The notes below the pieces were generated by a model. That model had not been told where the DNA came from and searched no databases. It worked only from the letters and a program-made list of their open reading frames with translations. This document shows, piece by piece, positions 51,830 to 62,770 of a DNA stretch of 64,000 nucleotides. This DNA is from Eledone cirrhosa (Eukaryota): NCBI GenBank assembly GCA_964016885.1, contig OZ024741.1, positions 250,976,001 through 251,040,000 on the forward strand, in the 5' to 3' direction. The first letter of the stretch is position 1, and each line of letters begins with the position of its first letter. The translations under genes and the position numbers were made by a program.

Positions 51830-54800
51830 TTCAGCCGTCCAAGGGGAGATAATTTCCAGCCAGCGAAGAGGAGATAATTTTTTTTTTTAAATCAGGGGTA
51901 GATTGGTAAAAAAAAATCACGGGGAGATAATTTGTAAAAAAATCAAGGGGAGATAATTTCCAGCCGTCGAAGGAGAGATAATTTATAGCCGTCCAAGGGG
52001 AGATAATTTCAAGCAAGCCAAAGGAGATAATTTTTTTTAAAAATCAGGCGGAGATGATTTGTAAAAAAAATCAGGTGGAGATAATTTGTTAAAAAAAATC
52101 ATGGGGCGATAATTTCCAGACGTCCAAGGGGAGATAATTTCCAGCCGTCCAAGGGGAGATAATTTTTTTTTTTAAATCAGGGGAGATAATTTGTAAAAAA
52201 AATCAGGGGGAGATAATTTGTGAAAAAAATCAGGAGGAGATAATTTGTAAAAAAAAATCAGGGGCAGCTAATTTAAAAAAATATCAGGGGGAGATAATTT
52301 CCAGCCAGCCAAGGGGAGATAATTTGTAAAAAAAATCAATGGGAGATAATTTCCAGCCGTCCAAGGGGAGATAATTTCCAGCCGTCCAAGGGGAGATAAT
52401 TTTTAAAAAATAATCAGGCGGAGATAAGTTGTAAAAAAAAATCAGGGGGAGATAATTTGTAAAAAAAAATCAGGGGGAGATAATTTGTAAAAAGAATCAA
52501 GGGGAAATAATTTCCAGCCGTCCAAAGAGAGATAATTTCTAGCCGTCCAAGGGGAGATAATTTCCAGCCAAGGGGAGATAATTTCCAGCCGTCCAAGGGG
52601 AGATAATTTCCAGCCGTGCAAGGGGAGATAATTTCCAGCCGTCCAAGGGGAGATAATTTCCATCCTTCCAAAGGGAGATAATTTCCAGCCGTCCAAGGGC
52701 AGATAATTTCCCGCCAGCCAAGGGAAGATAATATTTTAAAAAATCAGGCGGAGATAATTTGTAAAAAAAATCAGGGGGAGATAATTTGTAAAAAAATCAG
52801 GGGGAGATAATTTGTAAAAAAAAATCAGGGGGAGATAATTTGTAAAAAAAAATCAGGGGGAGATAATTTGTAAAAAAAAAATCAGGGGGAGATAATTTGT
52901 AAAAAAAAATCAGGCGGAGATAATTTGTAAAAAAAATCAAGGGGAGATAATTTCCAGCCGTCCAAGGGGAGATAATTTCCAGCCGTCCAAGGGCAGATAA
53001 TTTCCAGCCGTCCAAGGAGAGATAATTTCCAGCCGTCCAAGGGCAGATAATTTCCAGCCATCCAAGGAGAGGTAATTTCTAGCCGTCCAAGGGGAGATAA
53101 TTTCCAGCCTCCAAGGGGAGATAATTTCCAGCCAGCCAAGGGGAGATAATTTGTAAAAAAAATCAGGAGATAATTTGTAAAAAAAAATCAGGGGGAGATA
53201 ATTTGTAAAAACAAAATCAAGGGCAGATAATTTCCAGCCGTCCAATGGGAGATAATTTCCAGCAGTGCAAGGGGAGATAATTTCCAGCCGTCCAAGGGGA
53301 GATAATTTCCATCCTTCCAAGGGGAGATAATTTCCAGCCGTCCAAGGGGAGATAATTTCCCGCCAGCCAAGGGAAGATAATATTTAAAAAAAACAGGCGG
53401 AGATAATTTGTAAAAAAAATCAGGGGGAGATAATTTGTAAAAAAATCGGGGGGAGATAATTTGTAAAAAAAAATCAGGGGGAGATAATTTGTAAAAAAAA
53501 ATCAGGGGGAGATAATTTGTAAAAAAAAATCAGGGGTAGATAATTTGTAAAAAAAAATCAGGGGGAGATAATTTGGAAAAAAAATCAAGGGGAGATAATT
53601 TCCAGCCGTCCAAGGGGAGATAATTTCCAGCCGTCAAAGGGGAGATAATTTTTTAAAAAAATCAGGCGGAGATAATTTGTAAAAAAAAAATCAGGGGGAG
53701 ATAATTTGTAAAAAAATCAAGGGGAGATAATTTTCAGCCGTCCAAGGGGAGATAATTTTCAGCCGTCCAAGGAGAGGTAATTTCTAGCCGTTCAAGGGGA
53801 GATAATTTCCAGCCGTCCAAGGGGAGATAATTTCCAGCCGTCCAAGCGGAGATAATTTTAAAAAAAAATCAGGCGGAGCTAATTTGTAAAAAAATAATCA
53901 GGTGCAGATAATTTGTAAAAAAAATCAGGGGGAGATAATTTGTATACAAAATCAAGGGGAGATAATTTCCAGCCGTCCAAGGCGAGATAATTTCCAGCCG
54001 TCCAAGGGGAGATAATTTACAGCTGTCCAAGGAGAGGTAATTTCTAGGCGTCCAAGGGGAGATAATTTCCAGCCGTCCAAGGGGAGATAATTTCCAGCCA
54101 GCCAAGGGGAGATAATTTCCAGCCAGCCAAGGGGAGATATTTGTAAAAAAAATCAGGGAGAGATAATTTGTAAAAAAAAAATCAGGGGTAGATAATTTGT
54201 AGAAGACATAAAGGGGAGATAATTTCCAGCCGTCCAAGGGGAGAAAATTTCCATCCAGCCAAGGGGAGATAATTTTTTAAAAAAAATCAGGCGGAGATAA
54301 TTTGTAAAAAAAAATCAAGGGGAGTTAATTAGTAAAAAAAATCAAGGGGAGATAATTTCCAGCCGTCCAACGGGAGATAATTTCCAGCCGTCCAAGGGGT
54401 GATAATTTCCAGCCGTTCAAGGGGAGATAATTTCCAGCCGTCCAAGGGGAGATAATTTACGGCCGTCCAAGGGGAGATAAATTCCAGCCTCCAAGGGGAG
54501 ATAATTTCCAGCCAGCCAAGGGGAGATAATTTGTAAAAAAATCAGGGGGAGATAATTTGTAAAAAAAAATCAGGGGGAGATGATTTGTAAAAAAAAATCA
54601 GGGGGAGATGATTTGTAAAAAAAAATCAGGGGGAGATAATTTGTAAAAAAATCAAGGGGAGATAATTTCCAGCCGTCCAAGGGGAGATAATTTTCAGCCG
54701 TCCAAGGAGAGGTAATTTCTAGCCGTCCAAGGGGAGATAATTTCCAGCCGTCCAAGGGGAGATAATTTCCAGCCGTCCAAGGGAAGATAATTTCCAGCCC

Positions 54801-57800
54801 TCCAAGGGGCTATAATTTCCAGCGTCCAAGGGGAGATAATTTCCAGCCAGCGAAGGGGAGATAATTTTTTTTTAAAAATCACTGGGAGATTTGTAAAAAA
54901 AATCAGGGGGAGATAATTTGTAAAAAAAATCAAGGGGAGATAATTTCCAGCCGTCCAAAGAGAGATAATTTCTAGCCGTCCAAGGGGAGATAATTTGCAG
55001 CCAACGGGAGATAATTTCCAGCCGTCCAAGGGGAGATAATTTTTTCAAAAATCAGGAGATAATTTGTAAAAAAAATCAGGGGGAGATAATTTGTAAAAAC
55101 AAAATCAAGGGCAGATAATTTCCAGCCGTCCAAGGGGAGATAATTTCCAGCCGTGCAAGGGGAGATAATTTGTAAAAAAAATCAGGGGGAGATAATTTCC
55201 ATCCAGCCAAGGGGAGATAATTTCAAAAAAATCAGGCGGAGATAATTTGTAAAAAAAAAAATCAGGGGGAGATAATTTGGAAAAAAATATCAGGGGGAGA
55301 TAATTTGTAAAAAAAATCAAGGGGAGATAATTTCCAGCCGTCCAAGGGGAGATAATTTCCAGCCAGCGAAGAGGAGATAATTTTTTTTTTTAAATCAGGG
55401 GTAGATTGGTAAAAAAAAATCACGGGGAGATAATTTGTAAAAAAATCAAGGGGAGATAATTTCCAGCCGTCGAAGGAGAGATAATTTATAGCCGTCCAAG
55501 GGGAGATAATTTCCAGCAAGCCAAAGGAGATAATTTTTTTTAAAAATCAGGCGGAGATGATTTGTAAAAAAAATCAGGTGGAGATAATTTGTTAAAAAAA
55601 ATCATGGGGCGATAATTTCCAGCCGTCCAAGGGGAGATAATTTCCAGCCGTCCAAGGGGAGATAATTTTTTTTTTTAAATCAGGGGAGATAATTTGTAAA
55701 AAAAATCAGGGGGAGATAATTTGTGAAAAAAATCAGGAGGAGATAATTTGTAAAAAAAAATCAGGGGGAGCTAATTTAAAAAAATATCAGGGGGAGATAA
55801 TTTCCAGCCAGCCAAGGGGAGATAATTTCCAGCCAGCCAAGGGGAGATAATTTGTAAAAAAAATCAATGGGAGATAATTTCCAGCCGTCCAAGGGGAGAT
55901 AATTTCCAGCCGTCCAAGGGGAGATAATTTTTAAAAAATAATCAGGCGGAGATAAGTTGTAAAAAAAATCAGGGGGAAATAATTTGTAAAAAAAAATCAG
56001 GGGGAGATAATTTGTAAAAAGAATCAAGGGGAAATAATTTCCAGCCGTCCAAAGAGAGATAATTTCTAGCCGTCCAAGGGGAGATAATTTCCAGCCAAGG
56101 GGAGATAATTTCCAGCCGTCCAAGGGGAGATAATTTCCAGCCGTGCAAGGGGAGATAATTTCCAGCCGTCCAAGGGGAGATAATTTCCATCCTTCCAAAG
56201 GGAGATAATTTCCAGCCGTCCAAGGGCAGATAATTTCCCGCCAGCCAAGGGAAGATAATATTTTAAAAAATCAGGCGGAGATAATTTGTAAAAAAAATCA
56301 GGGGGAGATAATTTGTAAAAAAATCAGGGGGAGATAATTTGTAAAAAAAAATCAGGGGGAGATAATTTGTAAAAAAAAAATCAGGGGGAGATAATTTGTA
56401 AAAAAAAAATCAGGGGGAGATAATTTGTAAAAAAAATCAGGCGGAGATAATTTGTAAAAAAAATCAAGGGGAGATAATTTCCAGCCGTCCAAAGAGAGAT
56501 AATTTCTAGCCGTCCAAGGGGAGATAATTTCCAGCCAAGGGGAGATAATTTCCAGCCGTCCAAGGGGAGATAATTTTTTAAAAAATCAGGTGGAGATAAT
56601 TTGTAAAAAAAATCAGGGGAACATAATTTGTAAAAACAAAATCAAGGGCAGATAATTTCCAGCAGTGCAAGGGGAGATAATTTCCAGCAGTGCAAGGGGA
56701 GATAATTTCCAGCCGTCCAAGGGGAGATAATTTCCATCCTTCCAAGGGGAGATAATTTCCAGGCGTCCAAGGGGAGATAATTTCCCGCCAGCCAAGGGAA
56801 GATAATATTTAAAAAAATCAGGCGGAGATAATTTGTAAAAAAAATCAGGGGGAGATAATTTGTAAAAAAATCAGGGGGAAATAATTTGTAAAAAAAAACA
56901 GGGGGAGATAATTTGTAAAAAAAAATCAGGGGGAGATAATTTGGAAAAAAAAATCAGGGGTAGATAATTTGGAAAAAAAAATCAGGGGGAGATAATTTGT
57001 AAAAAAAAATCAGGGGGAGATAATTTGTAAAAAAATCAAGGGGAGATAATTTCCAGCCGTCCAAGCGGAGATAATTTTCAGCCGTCCAAGGAGAGGTAAT
57101 TTCTAGCCGTTCAAGGGGAGATAATTTCCAGCCGTCCAAGGGGAGATAATTTCCAGCCGTCCAAGGGGAGATAATTTTAAAAAAAAATCAGGCGGAGCTA
57201 ATTTGTAAAAAAATAATCAGGGGCAGATAATTTGTAAAAAAAAATCAGGGGGAGATAATTTGTATACAAAATCAAGGGGAGATAATTTCCAACCGTCCAA
57301 GGGGAGATAATTTACAGCTGTCCAAGGAGAGGTAATTTCTAGGCGTCCAAGGGTAGATAATTTCCAGCCGTCCAAGGGGAGATAATTTCCAGCCAGCCAA
57401 GGGGAGATAATTTCCAGCCAGCCAAGGGGAGATATTTGTAAAAAAAAATCAGGGAGAGATAATTTGTAAAAAAAAAATCAGGGGTAGATAATTTGTAGAA
57501 GACATAAAGGTGAGATAATTTCCAGCCGTCCAAGGGGAGAAAATTTACATCCAGCCAAGGGGAGATAATTTTTTAAAAAAAATCAGGCGGAGATAATTTG
57601 TAAAAAAAAATCAGGGGGAGATAATTTCCAGCCGTCCAAGGGGAGATAATTTCCAGCCCTACAAGCAGCTATAATTTCCAGCCGTCCAAAGGGAGATAAT
57701 TTCCAGCCAGCGAAGGGGAGATAATTTTTTTTTAAATTAGGGGGAGATTTGCAAAAAAAATCAGGGGGAGATAATTTGTAAAAAAAATCAAGGGGAAATA

Positions 57801-60800
57801 ATTTCCAGACGTCCAAGGGGAGATAATTTCCAGCCGTCCAAGGAGAGATAATTTCCAGCCGTCCAAGGGGAGATAATTTCCAGCCGTTCAAGGGGAGATG
57901 ATTTCCAGCCGTCCAAGGAGAGGTAATTTCTAGCCGTCCAAGGGGAGATAATTTCCAGCCGTCCAAGGGGAGATAAATTCCAGCCTCCAAAGGGAGATAA
58001 TTTCCAGCCAGCCAAGGGGAGATAATTTGTAAAAAAATCAGGGGGAGATAATTTGTAAAAAAAAATCAGGGGGAGATAATTTGTAAAAAAAATCAGGGGG
58101 AGATAATTTGTAAAAAAAAATCAGGGGGAGATAATTTGTAAAAAAAATCAAGGGGAGATAATTTCCAGCCGTCCAAGGGGAGATAATTTTCAGCCGTCCA
58201 AGGAGAGGTAAGTTCTAGCCGTCCAAGGGGAGATAATTTCCAGCCGTCCAAGGGTAGATAATTTCCAGCCGTCCAAGGGGAGATAATTTTTTTAAAAAAA
58301 TCAGGCGGAGATAATTTGTAAAAAAAAAATCAGGGGGAGATAATTTGTAAAAAAAAATCGGGGAGATAATTTGTAAAAAAAAATCAGGGGGAGATAATAT
58401 GTAAAAAAAATCAAGGGGAGATAATTTCCAGCCGTCCAAGGGAAGATAATTTCCAGCCCTCCAAGGGGCTATAATTTCCAGCGTCCAAGGGGAGATAATT
58501 TCCAGCCAGCGAAAGGGAGATAATTTTTTTTAAAAAATCACTGTGAGATTTGTAAAAAAAATCAGGGGGAGATAATTTGTAAAAAAAAAATCAGGGGAGA
58601 TAATTTGTAAAAAAAATCAGGCGGAGATAATTTGTAAAAAAAATCAAGGGGAGATAATTTTCAGCCGTCCAAGGAGAGGTAATTTCTAGCCGTCCAAGGG
58701 GAGATAATTTCCAGCCGTCCAAGGGGAGATAATTTCCAGCCGTCCAAGGGGAGATAATTTTTTTTAAAAAATCAGGCGGAGATAATTTGTAAAAAAAAAA
58801 TCAGGGGGAGATAATTTGTAAAAAAAAATCAGGGGGAGATAATTTGTAAAAAAATCAAGGGGAGATAATTTCCAGCCGTCCAAGGGAAGATAATTTCCAG
58901 CCTCCAAGGGGCTATAATTTCCAGCGTCCAAGGGGAGATAATTTCCAGCCAGCGAAGGGGAGATAATTTTTTTTTAAAAATCACTGGGAGATTTGTAAAA
59001 AAAATCAGGGGGAGATAATTTGTAAAAAGAATCAAGGGGAGATAATTTCCAGCCGTCCAAAGAGAGATAATTTCAAGCCGTGCAAGGGGAGATAATTTCC
59101 AGCCGTCCAAGGGGAGATAATTTTTTTAAATATCAGGTGGAGATAATTTGTAAAAAAAATCAGGGGGAGATAATTTGTAAAAACAAAATCAAGGGCAGAT
59201 AATTTCCAGCCGTCCAAGGGGAGATAATTTCCAGCCGTGCAAGGGGAGATAATTTGTAAAAAAAATCAGGGGGAGATAATTTCCAGCCGTCCAAGGGGAG
59301 ATAATTTTCAGCCGTCCAAGGAGAGGTAATTTCTAGCCGTCCAAGGGAAGATAATTTCCAGCCGTGCAAGGGGAGATAATTTCCAGCCGTCCAAGGGGAG
59401 ATAATTTCCATCCTTCCAAGGGGAGATAATTTCCAGTCGTCCAAGGGGAGATAATTTCCAGCCGTTCAAGGGGAGATAATTTCTAGCCGTCCAAGGGGAG
59501 ATAATTTCCAGCCGTCCAAGGGGAGATAAATTCCAGCCTCCAAGGGGAGATAATTTCCACCCAGCCAAGGGGAGATAATTTGTAAAAAAATCAGGGGGAG
59601 ATAATTTGTAAAAAAAAATCAGGGGGAGATAATTTGTAAAAAAAATCAGGGGTGATAATATGTAAAAAAAATCAAGGGGAGATAATTTCCAGCCGTCCAA
59701 GGGAAGATAATTTCCAGCCCTCCAAGGGGCTATAATTTCCAGCGTCCAAGGGGAGGTAATTTCCAGCCAGCGAAGAGGAGATAATTTTTTTTTAAAAATC
59801 ACTGGGAGATTTGTAAAAAAAATCAGGGGGAGATAATTTGTAAAAAAAATCAAGGGGAGATAATTTCCAGCCGTCCAAAGAGAGATAATTTCTAGCCGTC
59901 CAAGGGGAGATAATTTCCAGCCAAGGGGAGATAATTTCCAGCCGTCCAAGGGGAGATAATTTTTTTAAATATCAGGTGGAGATAATTTGTAAAAAAAATC
60001 AGGGGGAGATAATTTGTAAAAACAAAATCAAGGGCAGATAATTTCCAGCCGTCCAAGGGGAGATAATTTCCAGCCGTGCAAGGGGAGATAATTTGTAAAA
60101 AAAATCAGGGGGAGATAATTTCCAGCCGTCCAAGGGGAAATAATTTTCAGCCGTCCAAGGAGAGGTAATTTCTAGCCGTCCAAGGGGAGATAATTTCCAG
60201 CCGTGCAAGGGGAGATAATTTCCAGCCGTCCAAGGGGAGATAATTTCCATCCTTCCAAGGGGAGATAATTTCCAGGCGTCCAAGGGGAGATAATTTCCCG
60301 CCAGCCAAGGGAAGATAATATTTAAAAAAATCAGGCGGAGATAATTTGTAAAATAAATCAGGGGGAGATAATTTGTAAAAAAATCAGGGGGAAATAATTT
60401 GTAAAAAAAAACAGGGGGAGATAATTTCCAGCCGTCCAAGGGGAGATAATTTTCAGCCGTCCAAGGAGAGGTAATTTCTAGCCGTTCAAGGGGAGATAAT
60501 TTCCAGCCGTCCAAGGGGAGATAATTTCCAGCCGTCCAAGGGGAGATAATTTTAAAAAAAAATCAGGCGGAGCTAATTTGTAAAAAAATAATCAGGGGCA
60601 GATAATTTGTAAAAAAAAATCAGGGGGAGATAATTTGTATACAAAATCAAGGGGAGATAATTTCCAACCGTCCAAGGCGAGATAATTTCCAGCCGTCCAA
60701 GGGGAGATAATTTACAGCTGTCCAAGGAGAGGTAATTTCTAGGCGTCCAAGGGGAGATAATTTCCAGCCGTCCAAGGGGAGATAATTTCCAGCCAGCCAA

Positions 60801-62770
60801 GGGGAGATAATTTCCAGCCAGCCAAGGGGAGATATTTGTAAAAAAAATCAGGGAGAGATAATTTGTAAAAAAAAAATCAGGGGTAGATAATTTGTAGAAG
60901 ACATAAAGGTGAGATAATTTCCAGCCGTCCAAGGGGAGAAAATTTACATCCAGCCAAGGGGAGATAATTTTTTTAAAAAAATCAGGCGGAGATAATTTGT
61001 AAAAAAAAATCAGGGGGAGATAATTTCCAGCCGTCCAAGGGGAGATAATTTGCAGCCCTACAAGCAGCTATAATTTCCAGCCGTCCAAAGGGAGATAATT
61101 TCCAGCCAGCGAAGGGGAGATAATTTTTTTTTAAATTAGGGGGAGATTTGCAAAAAAAATCAGGGGGAGATAATTTGTAAAAAAAAATCAAGGGGAAATA
61201 ATTTCCAGCCGTCCAAGGGGAGATAATTTCCAGCCGTCCAAGGGGAGATAATTTCCAGCCGTCCAAGGAGAGTTAATTTCTAGCCGTCCAAGGGGAGATA
61301 ATTTCCAGCCGTCCAAGGGGAGATAATTTCCAGCCGTCCAACGGGAGATAATTTCCAGCCGTTCAAGGGGAGATGATTTCCAGCCGTCCAAGGAGAGGTA
61401 ATTTCTAGCCGTCCAAGGGGAGATAATTTCCAGCCGTCCAAGGGGAGATAAATTCCAGCCTCCAAGGGGAAATAATTTCCAGCCAGCCAAGGGGAGATAA
61501 TTTGTAAAAAAATCAGGGGGAGATAATTTGTAAAAAAAAATCAGGGGGAGATAATTTGTAAAAAAAATCAGGGGGAGATAATTTGTAAAAAAAAATCAGG
61601 GGGAGATAATTTGTAAAAAAAATCAAGGGGAGATAATTTCCAGCCGTCCAAGGGGAGATAATTTTCAGCCGTCCAAGGAGAGGTAATTTCTAGCCGTCCA
61701 AGGGGAGATAATTTCCAGCCGTCCAAGGGTAGATAATTTCCAGCCGTCCAAGGGGAGATAATTTTTTTAAAAAAGATCAGGCGGAGATAATTTGTAAAAA
61801 AAAAATCAGGGGGAGATAATTTGTAAAAAAAAATCGGGGAGATAATTTGTAAAAAAATATCAGGGGGAGATAATATGTAAAAAAAATCAAGGGGAGATAA
61901 TTTCCAGCCGTCCAAGGGAAGATAATTTCCAGCCCTCCAAGGGGCTATAATTTCCAGCGTCCAAGGGGAGATAATTTCCAGCCAGCGAAAGGGAGATAAT
62001 TTTTTTAAAAAAATCACTGTGAGATTTGTAAAAAAAATCAGGCGTAGATAATTTGTAAAAAAAATCAAGGGGAGATAATTTCCAGCCGTCCAAGGGGAGA
62101 TAATTTCCAGCCGTGCAAGGGGAGATAATTTCCAGCCGTCCAAGGGAAGATAATTTCCATCCTTCCAAGGGGAGATAATTTCCAGCCGTCCAAGGGGAGA
62201 TTATTTCCCGCCAGCCAAGGTAAGGTAATATTTAAAAAAATCAGGCGGAGATAATTTGTAAAATAAATCAGTGGGAGATAATTTGTAAAAAAAAAATCAG
62301 GGGGAGATAATTTGTAAAAAAAAATCAGGCGGAGATAATTTGTAAAAAAAATCAAGGGGAGATAATTTCCAGCCGTTCAAGGGGAGATAATTTCTAGCCG
62401 TCCAAGGGGAGATAATTTCCAGCCGTCCAAGGGGAGATAAATTCCAGCCTCCAAGGGGAGATAATTTGTAAAAAAATCAGGGGGAGATAATTTGTAAAAA
62501 AAAATCAGGGGGAGATAATTTGTAAAAAAAAATCAGGGGTGATAATATGTAAAAAAAATCAAGGGGAGATAATTTCCAGCCGTCCAAGGGAAGATAATTT
62601 CCAGCCCTCCAAGGGGCTATAATTTCCAGCGTCCAAGGGGGGGTAATTTCCAGCCAGCGAAGGGGAGATAATTTTTTTTAAAAAATCACTGGGAGATTTG
62701 TAAAAGAAATCAGGGGGAGATAATTTGTAAAAAAAATCAAGGGGAGATAATTTCCAGCCGTCCAAAGAGA
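51830..62770 (+). repeat. Large segmental repeat, copy 3 (offset 21,146-21,148 from copy 2; identity extends upstream to ~49.2-50.3 kb vs ~28-29.2 kb)
   Basis: ORF pairs 29929/51077, 31267/52414, 33423/54570, 38161/59308 and 41413/62559. Confidence 0.93.

Noticed and set aside
12510-62770. Differences of 1 bp in poly(A)/poly(T) length between large copies as meaningful variation
   Set aside because: These are indistinguishable from long-read homopolymer errors without the raw data.
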